From: Azolla caroliniana
Lineage: Eukaryota; Plantae; Polypodiophyta
Reading direction: 5' to 3'
Length of the DNA stretch: 64,000 nucleotides
NCBI GenBank assembly: GCA_043228905.1
Contig: JBHGNT010000010.1
Span: forward strand, 14,136,001 to 14,200,000
The notes under the pieces are model-generated. The model was not told the origin of the DNA. It searched no databases and worked only from the letters and a program-made list of their open reading frames with translations. This document shows positions 45,777-59,700 of this stretch, one piece after another. The stretch's first letter is position 1, and each line of letters begins with the position of its first letter. The position numbers and the translations under genes were made by a program.

Positions 45777-46512
45777 TTAAGATAGAGATAAAAGATTGTA
45801 TATAACATTAACCAAAATACTTCCAACAGTAACTAAGTTACAAGGGGTTGGTTTAAATACCAACTAAACTAGGGCAAGGGCCTTTTCTACTATTACAAGA
45901 CTAGCCTAGTATGTCCATGAGCTAGTGTGAAACTTATCTCTAAGGGAAGTTGAGTTCGACTCTCAACAACCTTTCTAAAAAATATTTGTAATATTGTAAA
46001 AAGCATCTATGTTTACACAATTTTGTGATGTACATTATAGTTCTACATCCTAAAATACATATTAGACATTTGAACATTTGCATCCTAAAATACTTATAAT
46101 ATGGATGTAGACATTCACTAGTACTAATTCTCGCTCTCCAATACTATCTCTGACAGTTTGAACCGAATTACTCATCCTCTTATCCCTCCTTCCCTTCATA
46201 CTAATCCTCTTATCCTTCCTACTGAATAGCAACTGTTAGCGCTCAAGAATACCAATCTGTTTTCTCTGAGCTCCAGTGCTTAACAGAGAAGTTTGTAGCA
46301 CTAGAACAAGAAAATCAACGTCTATTTGGGGGATCTTCAGCAAATAGCTCTAGAAAAACAACAACACGGGGAGCTGACGTTACGTGTGCAACAACTTGAA
46401 GCAACTATTGTATCACTACAATAACAAGGATCAAGCACTCAAGGGACTCCCAAAGAACCCAAGATCGGTCTTCCTATGAAGTTTGGTAGAATGAGATCAC
46501 AATCTAGAGGAT

Positions 46513-47031
46513 TTCTTAATCATGTACATTTGGTGATTCAAATCCATCCTTCTCGATATCCCATCGATGCATCACAAGTGGGTCTAGTAGGCACACTACT
46601 TAGTGGCACAACTTTGGCATGGTTTGCCCCTTTGTTAGAAAAAGGATCTCCGTTGTTAAATAATTTTGAAGGGTTTGGTGATTCAAATCCATCCTTCTTG
46701 ATATCCCATCGATGCATCACAAGTGGGTTCTTAATCATGTACATTTGGTGATTCAAATCCATCCTTCTCGATATCCCATCGATGCATCACAAGTGGGTCT
46801 AGTAGGCACATTACTTAGTGGCACAACTTTGGCATGGTTTGCCCCTTTGTTAGAAAAAGTATCTCCGTTGTTAAATAATTTTGAAGGGTTTGGTGATTCA
46901 AATCCATCCTTCTCGATATCCCATCGATGCATCACAAGTGGGTCTAGTAGGCACACTACTTAGTGGCACAACTTTGGCATGGTTTGCCCCTTTGTTAGAA
47001 AAAGGATCTCCGTTAAATAATTTTGAAGGGT
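46513..47031. repeat. Complex tandem triplication within chromovirus 2 gag
   Basis: TTTGGTGATTCAAATCCATCC block starts at ~46529, 46674, 46744 and 46889. Confidence 0.9.
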
Positions 47032-48290
47032 TTATTAGCGAGTTTAAAACATGTTTTGGAGATACTGATAGCGTTAGGATGGCAATCAACAAAATCCGAA
47101 GATTGCGTCAAGGTGATCGGCTGACCTCAGCTTATGCCACGGATTTCCGTCTTCTCGCCACCAATATTCCCTGGGATGACCAAGCATTGATGGATCAATT
47201 TCTCTATGGCCTACGTAATGATGTCAAGGATTTACTCTTGACTTTCCCCGAATAACCAAAGTCGCTCATAGAAGTAATCAATTGAGTGGTACGATGCGAT
47301 AACCACCTTTTCGAACGACGTTTGGAATGTCAATTCAAGATGCCAAGGACAAGATCAGGACCCACCTACGCCTCAGTTGTAGCAAAACCTTTTCCAAGAG
47401 AGTCATATAATGCGTCTCCAGCAAATACTCCAACTTCGATGGAAATCGACACCACACGTCATCGCAGACCATTATCGGAAGAGGAAAAGTAGCGACGCCG
47501 AGCAAATCGACTATGTCTTTATTGTGGTGGACTGGGGCATATTGCAGTGAATTGTCCTCATAGGCCAAGAAGACAGGTAAATCAAATGGCCGCTAGTACT
47601 AATAGTACTAAACCCGAGTCTATTTCATTAGGAGTGTCAGATAGTCGTAATAGCCCAAGCCTATCAAACAAATTTGAAGTCCTTAGTCAATTAGAAGATG
47701 AGTTAAACAACTAGGTCTAGCCAAAATAGGATCCGTTTGGTTGGACAGTCCTAGATCTATGCAACCCATTAGTGGTTCCATTCCCTCTAAGCAAGTTAGC
47801 AATGTCTTCCTAGCTCAAGTAACAATTAGTACTAAAAGTAATACTCCAGTACATGTCTTAGCACTCCTAGATTTTGGAGCCAATTCTTACTTCATGGATA
47901 AGAATTTTGCCCAAGATCATCAGATATCCCTAAAAAAACTCCCTTGCCCAACTTTTGTAGTAGTCATTGATGGTCGCCCTATTGCTTCTAGAAATATCGT
48001 AGAAGAATTAGAGCCGATTAACATTGTCCTAAATAATTTGGCATGTTTAGTATCATTTAATATAATTAGTAGTCTAGAGCATCCAATTGTTTTGGGGTTA
48101 CCATGGTTCGAATTACACAATCTGGACGTAGATTGGAGAACAAGAGATATTGGGTATTCACAACCTTGACGATCTACTCATAAGATTTCAACGATTTCGC
48201 TACATCAATTGCGTGAGGAAGGACGCAAGGAATCAATTTTTGTATTTGCAGTATCAGTGAAACCTTCCAACATCGCTAAGGAGGAGTCAA

Positions 48291-51200
48291 TGTTGAGAGA
48301 CAAGCTCAACATTGGCCGGATCGGTTGGGACCGATTAGTTAGGCCGGATCGTTTGGAAACTGGTACGCAAACCGGTGCATAGGAAGGACAGATCGGTGTG
48401 GAAACCGGGAGGCCATCGGAAAGATATTCCGCCAAGAAGATATTTGGGAGTTAGTGTAGGGGCTCCTCAATGAGCATTGAAGTACTGTTAGTACTTCTGT
48501 CAGTTCGAAAAGGACTTGTATAAAAGTGTTCATTGAACACACACGATGTACAGATCGAGTATTATTTTTGAATTAAGTTCTTGTGTTTTACTCTCTGTCT
48601 GTCTCTCCCGTGCGTACTATGCAAACCTAAGCTTTCCATTAAACCTGCGCTTTCTGTTGTTCGGTTTCCTATATTGCTTCCGCACGTCACTCTTTCAAGC
48701 AAAGTCGACTGCTTGAAGGAAAAACCAACGAAGAACAACAAGAAAACCGATGGACAGAGGAATGTCTAGCTTGCTTCTGATGAAGAAGCTTGACAGAACC
48801 AACTACGCATCCTGGTCCTGCAAGATGCACCAGTACCTGCTTGGGCACGGTTATTGGAGCTATGTCGATGGAACAAATGACACAACACCCGATTCGACAC
48901 ACAAACACTTCCCGGTGTGGGAACAATCAGTGAGCAGAGTGCTATACTGTTTCGCGTCTTGTGTGGGCGAACATCTATTAAGCTACGTTCGGGATGCAAA
49001 AACGCCGAAGGGTGCGTGGGAAAATCTGAAGAAGATCTTCGCCACGAGCACCACAGCCAGGAAGCTTCAACTCCGACAAGAGTTGAGAAACCTACGACAA
49101 CACGATTTGTCGGTGGCTGACTATACCTCGAAGATCAAGGACATATGCGACTCCTTAGCTTCCATCGATGTGAACATCGAGGAAAGCGAGATGGTCCAGG
49201 TCTGTCTCGGGGGTTTGGCGTCAAAGTTCGGAGTGTTCCGAACTGTTGTGTGTACACGAGAGAATACGCCGTCGTTTTTCGACTTAGAGTCGATGCTCCT
49301 TATAGAGGGGAACCACACGGGTGCGTCGACAAGCACGCATGCCGACAACAAGATGTTGTACACGGAGGGAGATAGGCGTCGTGGTCGTGGCGGACGAGGC
49401 GAGTCGGTATGCAATGGAGGCAGCCGACGGGATCAAGGAAGAAGGCACCGAAGTGATGCTGACAACAATTCTGGATCCTCTAGAAACAGGGGGAGTCGAG
49501 GCGACGAGAACTGGCAAGGGAAATCCACTACGGAATGCTGGTATTGTGGCAAGAAAGGCCACAGGCAGAGCGAGTGCTGGAAAAAGCGCGCCGATTCGGA
49601 GAGAACCGGGTCCAGGACAGGTTCCGGACAGACCGACAATGGAAATCGGCAACGATTGCACTACGCCAAAGGATCCAGAGAAGCTGGAAAAGGGTCAGTC
49701 TTCGTGACGAGACACAAGGCAAACTCAATGAAGAAGATCACCCCGAAGTCGGAGGAGGTGTGGTACGTCGACTCCGGCACGTCAAACCACATGACGTGCC
49801 ACGAGGAGTGGTTCTCATACCTTGAGAAACCGACGCAACCAGGAGTAGTCGCAACCGGAGACGACACTCCGCATCTGATCGCGAATGTCGGTGAAGTTCC
49901 CTTGAGGCATGTCGGGCAAAAAGGGAAACTTATGAACGTGTTACACATCCCGACAATCACGAAGAATCTAGTGTTGGTCGGGCAGATCGTCGACCAGGGG
50001 ATGCAAGTTCGGTTTACACACCTCGGGTGCTTCATTGAGGAAGAAGGCCGTGTTATTGCGCAAGGGCGCCGAGATGGGAGGATGTTCATCCTCGACTCTA
50101 CTGACGGTGGCACAACAATGTTTGCGAAGGGACAAAAAGTCGAGTCGAACATCGACTTATGGCACAAACGGATAGGCCACGTCAACTACCAACAGCTTCA
50201 AGACCTGCAATCGAAACAGGTGGTGTTTGGATTGCCTAAATTTAGTGGCCGGAAGGCACAAATTTGTGAAGCTTGCCAGCTTGGGAAGCAACACTGACTT
50301 CCCTTCCCCAATGAGCGTAACTGGAGCCGGAACAAGCTCGACTTGATACACTCCAATGTGTGGGGGCCGGCACAAAACGTTAGTCTTGGTGGGAGCCGAT
50401 ATTTTGTCTCCTTCATCGACGACTACACGCGGCACACGTGGATCTACCTCATTGAGAGGAAGAGCAAAGTCTTCAACTGTTTCCGGACCTCAAAGGGTCC
50501 GTCTCGACTCCTCTGGATAGAACCGTCAAGCTTTGCCCCGAGTCTGGAAAGGTATGCGACCCGACGAGGTTCCGATAGATAGTCGGCAACCTTATATGCT
50601 TGACCATCACTCGACCAGATCTCACCTACCCGGTCGGGGTGATTAGTCAGTTCATGGCGCGATGCGTACTCCGGTACGTCAGTGGCAGAAAGGACCGGGG
50701 GCTACTATATCGGTCCGATACAACCCCACAGTTGGTCGGCTACACCGATGCCAACTAGGCCGACAACGTTGCCGATCGCCGATCCACGTCCGGTTTTGTG
50801 TTATCTCTCGGGAGTGCCGCGATCGCATGGAGTAGCAAGAAGCAGCCGATAGTTGCGTTGTTGAGCACCGAAGCCGAGTATAGAGGAGTGGCTGTCGCGA
50901 CATGCGAAGCCATATGGTTGAAGCGGCTACTTAAGGATCTGCAGGTGGAGGTGTTCGATCCAACGACTATCTACTGCGACAACCTTAGCAACATCCAGCT
51001 CGCGAAGAACCCCGTTTTCCATGCCCGGACTAAGCACATTGAGGTGCACTACCATTTCGTCTGTGAGCGTGTTCTCTCCGGTGAAGTCGAACTTCAGTAT
51101 GTTTCGACAGATCGGCAGACCGCCAACATCTTCACCAAGCCTCTTGGACTGGACAAGTTGTGGCAATTCTCGGGTGTGCTAGGGTTGCGTCACCTCGACG

Positions 51201-52119
51201 TGCCGAACTTGAGGGGGAGAGATGTCCCGAATGACCACGGAAGAGGGAGAAAAGTTCTGGAAGACGAAGACCGCGACACCGAGTCGGATGACGAATTCGA
51301 TTTCGGATCGGCTGAAGAAGCCGAGGGCGGATCCGCGGAAGAGTCCGAAAGAGAACATAAGGGGAGCAACCGAAAGAAAGAGCCGAAGCCAACCAAGCAT
51401 GGGGGAGATGACGCTGTCAAGGGGGAGAAGACCGAAGACGAGTTGGAGACAGCCAACTCGGACAAGAGTGAAAACCGATCGGAGGTAGCCGAGTCGGTTC
51501 AGATACACTGAATCAACCGAGGGCCAAGCGGAAAAGAAGGCAACAGGAGAAGCGCCAACACTGCGACAACAAGGGAGCTGTGAAGGGACGTGGGAGCAGA
51601 CAAGCCGACCGGAAGTCGAAGTGCGCGGAGTCGAACATGCCGAGGAGCGCGAGCGAGGCGTGGAGCCAGGAGGAACCAGAGCGGTGATCCGGAAGATCCG
51701 GAAGAGCCTCAAGTTGAGCTTGAGGGGGAGTGTTGAGAGACAAGCTCAACGTCGGCCGGATCGACTGAGCAAGCCGAAGACCGGATTGGTTGGGACTGAT
51801 TGGTTAGGCCAGATCAGTGCGTAAACCGGGAGGCCATCGGAAAGATATTCCGCAAGGAATATATTTGGGAGTTAGTGTAGGGGCTCCTCAATGAACATTG
51901 AAGTACTGTCAGTACTTCTATTAGTCCGAAAAGGACTTGTATAAAAGTGTTCATTGAACACACACGATGTACGGGTCAAGTATTATTTTTGAATTAAGTT
52001 CTTGCATTTTACTCTCTCTCTGTCTCTCCCGTGCGTACTATGCAAACCTAAGCTTTCCATTAAACCTGCGTTTCCTGTTGTTCAGTTTCCTATATTGCTT
52101 CCGCACGCCATTCTTTTCA
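48291..52119 (+). mobile_element. Ty1/copia element E (family of B), internally deleted and lacking a PBS
   Basis: LTRs 48291-48697 and 51731-52119, TSD GTCAA; gag-PR ORF 48750-50297; IN core to RT deleted at ~50490; RH ORF 50798-51511. Confidence 0.93.
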
Positions 52120-53012
52120 GTCAACAATTCACCTTCCAAAGAAGTATCATCATTATGCCGACGTTTTTAATGAGGTAAAAGCTAGTACTCTTCCTCATCA
52201 TTGACTGTATGATTGTTCCATTGACTTACAACCCAGAAAAGAGCCACAGTGGGAACCGATCTATAACTTGTCACCAACCGAGCTTGAAGTTCTTTGAGCC
52301 TACATAGAGGAAAATTTGACAAACGGGTTCATTCGACATTCGAAATCCCAGCCGACGCACCTATTTTCTTTATCAAGAAAAAAGATGGATCACTTCGTCT
52401 AGTCGTGGATTACCGTGGCTTGAATAAGGTCACCATCAGGAATAGGTATGCACTTCCCTTGATCTCGAGTCTTTTAGAAAGAATTAATGGCTCAAAGTTT
52501 TTTACAAAAATTGACTTACGAGGAGCATATAACCTCGTACAGATTTGACCGGGAGACGAATGGAAGACAACTTTCTGCACCCAATATGGGCACTTCAAGT
52601 ATATGGTTATGCCATTCAGCCTCACCAATGCGCCAACGGTTTTCCAACACATGGCAAATGATATATTCCGAGATATTTTGGACATCTGTTTGATCATCTA
52701 CTTGGATGATCGGCTAGTTTATTCAAAGACACAAGAGGAGCATGATTCCCATGTACTATTAGTACTAAGACGACTACGAGAACATGGTCTTTATGTAAAG
52801 TTGGAAAAGTGTAGCTTTGACTGTAATCAGGTGGAATTTCTACGCTATGTCCTCTCATCGGAATGCATCTCTATGGATCTAGCTAAAGTCCAAACTGTGT
52901 TGGAGTGGCAGACTCCATGTTCATGGCGAGATGTGCAATGCTTTTTAGGATTCACAAACTTCTATCGCAAGTTTATACAGGACTACTCAAAGCTTATTTT
53001 GCCGCTCACACC

Positions 53013-53759
53013 TTGAAGCAGTACAATATTCTGCTTGCCGACTGTTCCCACACCGGGAAATCTCTATGTGTCGATTCAGGTGCTGTGTCATTTGCTCCGT
53101 TGAAATAGCTCCAGTAACCATGCCCGAGCAGGTACTGGTGTATCTTGTAGGACTAAGATGCATAGTTGTTTCTGTTGAGCTTCTCCGTCAGAAGCGAGCT
53201 AGCCATGCCTCTATCCATTGGTTTTACATGTTCTTCTTGGTTGGTTTTTTCTTTTCAAGCTATGTCGACTGTATAGGTTCTCAACCCTCACGCTCTGATA
53301 CCATGTAGAAAGAATAGCTTGCGGAAGCAAGAAGAAAACCGAACACCGAGAATATGCAGGTTTAATGGAGAGCTTGTATATGCACAATACGCGAGAGAGA
53401 GAGAGAGAGAGAGAGAGAACACACAGAAAAACTCAATTCAAAATAATACTCAATCTGTACATAGAATGTGCTCAGTGAGCACTTTTATACAAGTCCATAC
53501 GGACAGACAGAAGTACTGACACGTACTTCAATGCTCACAAGTGAGCTCTACACTAACTCCCAAAATATATCCCTACGCGGAATATCTTCCCAACGGCGTC
53601 ACGGTTTTCGTACCACTACGGCTTCTCGTTGCGTGCCGGTCTGCGCACCGGTTTACGTATCTAGTTTTTGCACCGGTCGGGCCTGACCAATCGATCCCAA
53701 CCGATCCGGTTCTCTGCTTGTACAACCGATCCGGCCAACGTTGAGGTTGTATCTCAACA
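53013..53759 (-). mobile_element. Copia 5' LTR (53303-53759), PBS and start of gag, truncated
   Basis: TGGTATCAGAGC on the minus strand at 53291-53302; gag N-terminus similar to the one at 48750. Confidence 0.85.
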
Positions 53760-56700
53760 AAAGCACATGCCGAAATCGTATTGGGCGGAAGCAGCTAACA
53801 TGGCCGTCTATCTCATGAATTGGTGTACGACATCGGCGGGTGTGCACGAACTTACTCCGCACGAGAAGTTCTTCGGAAAGAAGCCGGACCTATCGCATGT
53901 TCGGATATTCGGCTCCATTGCGTACGTGCACATCCCCGACGAGAAGCATCAAAAGCTCGACCCGAAGTTGGAGAAATGTATCCTCTTAGGATACTCACTA
54001 GAGCAAAAGGGGTACAAGTGCTACAACCCCTCAACTTGAAAATCTCGCGTAAGTCGAGACGTCATTTTCGCCGAGTCCGGATCTTGGTACGCACCAGAGA
54101 CAACTTCGACTTCGATTCCGCTCGACCAGGATTCTGCCGAAGTAGAGATAGAAGTCGAAGATCGAAGAAAGCCCAATTACGACAAGGCTTAGTGGGCCAC
54201 AAGAGCCCCCGAGCGATCTAAGTACATCTTGGCCAAGTCCGAAGATGGACAAAGGGAAGGAGAAAATGCCGGAGTATGAAGATGATCACTTCGATGGCAA
54301 CGAATCAACTCACTCCCTCGATAGTGAGTTCGAAGGCCTTGAAATCCGGACAAATGGAGTGGAGAATGCCGTAGTATCCGCAAACGAGAAGCTTCGCCGA
54401 TCCACTCGTGAAAAGAACCCCGTAAGCTGATTCGGCTACAACGATTATATGGCGTACCATTACGCCTTTATGATGAAGGTAGCAATAGTACGGGAGCTGG
54501 AAACCTTTTCCGAAGCCACGAAGGACTCGCGATGGATCGAAGCAATGAACGAGGAGATGCATGCATTACGCAAGAACGAGACATGGGATCTCTTTCCCCA
54601 CTCACCGCACAAGAAGGCAATCGGTTGTAGATGGATCTACAAGGTGAAGTATAACGCCGATGGCTCCGTAAACCGCTACAAAGCTTGACTCGTAGCGAAA
54701 GGATACGCTCAGACGCACGACATTGACTATGAAGAGACCTTTGCCCCGGTGGCAAAGATGACGACGGTGCGGACCGTGATCGCACTTGCAGCGGGAAAAG
54801 GGTGGCACCTCCACAAAATGGACATCAAGAACGCCTTTCTCCAAGGCGAATTAGACGAGGAGGTGTACATGGTACAACGACCCAGCTTCGAATCACGCAT
54901 TCATCCAAAAGCCATATGCCAACTCAAGAAGCCACTCTATGGCCTTAAACAAGCACCGCGTGCTTGGCATTCGAAGATTACGCACTATCTTCATCAAATC
55001 GGCTTTCGAATGTCAAAATCCGACAACTCTCTCTATGTACAACACGACTCTAGAAGCTTAATTTTCATCATCCTATACGTGGATAATCTGGTCATTGGAG
55101 GTGAAAGTATAGTCGACATCAACAAGGTCAAGTCCCTCCTTTCCGGAAAATTCGAGATGACGGACATGAAGTAGCTCCATTACTTCCTTGGCATCGAAGT
55201 AATTCGGATTCCGGCCGGCATTATGATCTCTCAACTGTTAGGAAACAGATCCCTCCGGATGGGATAGGAGTACTCGGCAACGGAAGACCTGGTGAGAACC
55301 GGATGACGAGTGCCCGACAAGAGCCGGATGGTGAAGACCCGGTGAGAACCGGATGACGAGTGCCCGACAAGAGCTAGATGATGAAGACCCGGTGAGAACC
55401 GGATGACGAGTGCCCGACAAGAGCCGGATGGTGAAGGCCCGGTGAGAAGTGCTCATCGCATGAAGGGACATATTCGTAAATATGTTTCTGAGAGTCCATT
55501 AGGGCTATATTTGTAAATAGCTGAAAAGTCATATTAGTATAAATATGACTTAGGGAAAACTTAGCGAGTAGTTGTTGTCATTTTTGTTGGTGCAAGATTT
55601 GAGTGCAATCGTGTACAGAGAGAGAGAGAGAGAGAGAGAGACGAAGAGGACGTTGTCTCTATTGTAACCGCCGCCTGTGGCGAAGACAGTGAACAAGAGG
55701 TCGTTGCCTCTGTGTTCATCTATTGTATATTGTAACATAGTGATAGTTTGCAGTCTGTGGACTGCCGTGGTTTTTCCCGTGTTTGGGTTTTCCACGTAAA
55801 CATCTTGTGTACTCTTCTCTTTACTGTTTCGTGCGTACATTACCCGTTTTTTCTGTGTTTGATCCTAGACTTGGTTGTGGCCGAGCGTTGTTTTCGGGAG
55901 CGTGTAGTCCTTTCAATCTGGTATCAGAGCGAACCGACACAGAAAAATGGACGATTCGTTGGGAGGCATGTTCAAGCTCACCGGCTCCAACTATTCAGTG
56001 TGGAAGTCGAAGATGAGGGACATGCTTGTGGTTAAAGATCTTTGGTTGCCGATTCAGTTCGGGGACAAGAGACTAGACAAAATCGATGCCACGATATGGG
56101 AGGTGATGCACATGAAGACAACGGCGTACATACGGTGCTTCATCGACTTGAGTCTATACAACAACTTCAATGAAGAGAGCAAGGCTCATGAGCTCTGGGA
56201 GAAGATCATCATTATGTTTCAGAACAAAAATGCTGTTAATCAGGTTTCAGTATTTCGGAAGCTAGTAAGACTCCGGTACCAAGATGGCTCCAGCATGGCA
56301 GAGCACATGAATGCCTTCCAGGGTTTGATACACCAGGCAACATCATTGGAAGTACCTCTCGCCGATGAGGTACTAGCACTACTCCTGCTCGGTTCCCTCC
56401 CAGATAGCTGGGAGACGTTGGTTGTCACTTTGGGCAACGCCGGGCCGGAAGGGAAACGATTATCCTTAGCAAGAGTGAAGTCGAGCTTGCTAGATGAGGA
56501 GGCGCGTTGGAAAGATAAGGATACGAGCTCCGACTCCAAAGCGCTCCTTACCGAATAGGAACGCGAAAGACAAAGGAACCGTAGTCCCCAGATCCGGGAG
56601 AAGTCGGGGACATGGTCAAAGTCAAGGGGGAGGCCTACATGCTTCTATTGCGGCAAGCCGGGACACTTCTAGAAGAATTGTCGGCACTTCCGAAAAGACA

Positions 56701-59700
56701 AGGAAACCGACGGTACCGATTCGAAGCGGACACCGGACCGGAACGGTAAAGACCGGAGGGGGCCGGACCGGAAGGGAACGACTGCAATCGCGGCAAGTGA
56801 AGAAGAGTTGATGCTCATCACTGAGGAGAGTGAGTTGAACCTTACCGGCGACGAGACAACGTGGGTTGTCGATTCCGTAGCGTCGTTCCACCCTACCCCG
56901 GACCGGAAATGCTTCTCATCCTACACAACCGATGATCACGGTTGTGTCCGGATGGGGAATGAAGGTACGTGTGGTTGACAACGCCAACCGGATGCAAGGG
57001 ACTGCTAAAGGATGTCCGACATGTTCCGGAGGTTCGACTGAACTTGATATCAGCCGGTCGGCTAGATAATGAAGGCTACACAGGTAGTATCCGGAACGGA
57101 CTCATGAAGTTCAGCAAAGGGAGCTTGATTGTGGCTCGGGCCCGGAAGGTCAACACGTTGTACTTGATGAATGCCCGGTTATGCCCGGAGGAAGTGAATG
57201 TGGCTTCCGACACTGCTAGTGAGCTGTGGGACAAGAGGCCGTGTCACATGAGCGAGAAGGGGATGAAGAGGGTTGCAGATGACAACCTCATTCCAGTGAA
57301 GAATGTGCACTTGGAGAAGTGCACTAATTGTCTGGCCGGTAAACAAAATCGGACCTCCTTCCGATCGAGGCCATTGATGAGACGTAATGCACCACTGGAG
57401 TTGGTGCATACTGATGTGTGTCAAGTGGATACGAAGTCACATACCGGATCGCAGTACTTCGTGACGTTCATAGATGACCACAATCAGAAACTGTGGGCCA
57501 CACCGTTGAAGACGAAGGATCAGGTGTTGACCATCTTCAAAGAGCTCCACGCGAGAGTGGAAAGAGAAAGCGACCGGAAGCTGAAGGCGGTTCGAGCAGA
57601 TAACGGAGGAGAATACCGGGGGCAGTTCGAGGAGTACTGCCGCTCGAAGGGAATCCGGCTCGAATCTACCATGCCGAAGACGCCGGAACTAAATGGGCTG
57701 GCCGAGAGGATGAATCAGACTATAATGGAGAGAGTCCGGAGTATGCTGACGCATGCAAAATTACCCAAGAAGTTTTGGGCTGAGGCACTGTTAACGGCGA
57801 CATATGTGATAAACAAATCACCCTCAGTACCCTTGGACGGAGACACGCCACAGAGAGTCTGGACCGGTAAGGAAGTGTCCTACCGGCATCTGAAGGTATT
57901 TGGGTGTCTTGTGTATGTGCATGTAGCTAAGGACCGGAGAGGAAAGTTAGATCCGAAGACCCGACCATGCATATTCCTCGGTTACGGCGATGATGAGTTC
58001 GGCTACCGAGTGTGGGACCTGGCTGACAAGAAGGTATTCCGGAGTCGAGATATTATCTTCATGGAGTCGGAGAAGAAAATAATGAACTCCGAGTCGATCG
58101 GTAAGGATCGATTCTACGATGAGCAGACCCAACCGGCAAGAGACCGATTAGCACTCGATGAATTGGCCGGTGACGGTAAGGAGACAAGACAAGCCGAAGA
58201 AGAAGGAGTAGGTGAAACCGGAACTGGCCAAGACCCTGAATCGGATTCGGATGAAGAACAAATAGAGGAGCCGGTTGCCGAAGGCCAAAGACGGAGATAT
58301 CCTCTGAGAGAGAGAAGGCCCCTTTCGAAGATTTCCGGATGCAGAGCATGTGATGCTGACCGATGAGGGAGAGCCAGAAAGCTTCGAAGAAGTGAAGGAT
58401 GACACCAACAACTGCAAGTGGTTGAGTGCCATGCAGGAGGAGATGGATTCCTTGCACGAGAACCACATGTATGAGTTGGTGGAGTTGCCGAAAGGAAAGA
58501 GGGCACTCCGAAATAAGTGGGTGTACAAGTTGAAACCGGGAGATGCCGGCTACCCCCCGAGATACAAATCCAGGATCATGGTCAAGGGGTTCCAGTAGAA
58601 GAAGGGCGTGGACTTCGACGAGATATTTGCCCCGGTAGTAAAGATGACTTCCATCCGGACAATGCTGAGTATAGCAGCAAGCATGGATCTCGAGGTAGAG
58701 CAGCTGGACGTGAAGAAGACATTCCTTCATGGTGACCTCGAAGAGGAGATCTACATGCAGCAACCGGAAGGATTCGTGGAGAAAGGGAAGGAGCATCTGG
58801 TTTGCCGGTTGAAGAAGAGCCTGTACGGACTGAAGCAGGCTCCCCGACAATGGTACCGGAAGTTCGACTCCACAAGGGTACCACAAGACGTAGACCGATC
58901 ACTACGTGTTTGTGAAGAAGTTCGAAGGTGGCGACTTCCTAATACTCCTTCTGTATGTGGACAACATGTTGATCATTGGACGGAACCAAGCCAAAAAACG
59001 GATGTTGAAGAAGGCTCTCAATTGAACCTTTGCAATGAAAGACTTGGGCCCGGCAAGACAGATATTGGGGATGCACATCATCTGGGACCGGTCAAAGAAA
59101 CAATTATGGTTGTCACAGGAGAAATACGTGACAAAGGTGCTTCAGCGGTTCAACATGTTAGAAGCGAAACTAGTCGGATCGACACTCCCGGCAAACTGCA
59201 GATTATCCAATAAGCAAAGACCGAAGACGAAAGTAGAGAAGGCGGATATGATGAAGGTTCCATATGCCTCTGCCGTCGGGAGCTTAATGTACACAATGGT
59301 GTGTACTCGACCGGATATTGGATACGCAGTCAGAGTGGTGAGCCGGTTTATTAGCAATCCCGGCAAGGAGCACTGGAACGCGGTCAAATGGATACTCCGA
59401 TACTTGAAGGGCACTTCGAATATGTGTCTCCGATTCGGATATGTCGGCTGATGTGCATACCAGTCGGTCTACATCCGGGTATGTAATGACATATGCAGGG
59501 GGAGCCGTTTCGTGGCAGTCGAGGCTGCAGAAGACGGTTGCGTTGTCAACCACGGAGGCGGAGTACATGGCGGCTGTTGAAGCCGGCAAGGAAATATTAT
59601 GGATGAAGGACTTCATCGGAGAGCTCGGTATCCGGCAAGATGAATACCGGCTCTATTGCGACAGTCAAAGTGCCATCTACCTTGCTAAGAACGCAACGTA

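Larger units (their letters stand above)
28335..45968 (-). mobile_element. Ty1/copia element G, whose 5' LTR is split by a LINE and a gypsy element
   Basis: 3' LTR 28335-28650; 5' LTR in two parts, 34163-~34259 and ~45705-45968; TSD ACCTT; PBS TGGTATCAGAGC at 34151-34162; degenerate gag-pol 28824-34058. Confidence 0.93.

Noticed and set aside
44621-45826. 401-aa ORF as a real LTR-LINE fusion protein
   Set aside because: The N-terminus is translated (TC)n from the copia LTR and the C-terminus runs into a gypsy LTR; it is a chance read-through of a truncated LINE RT.
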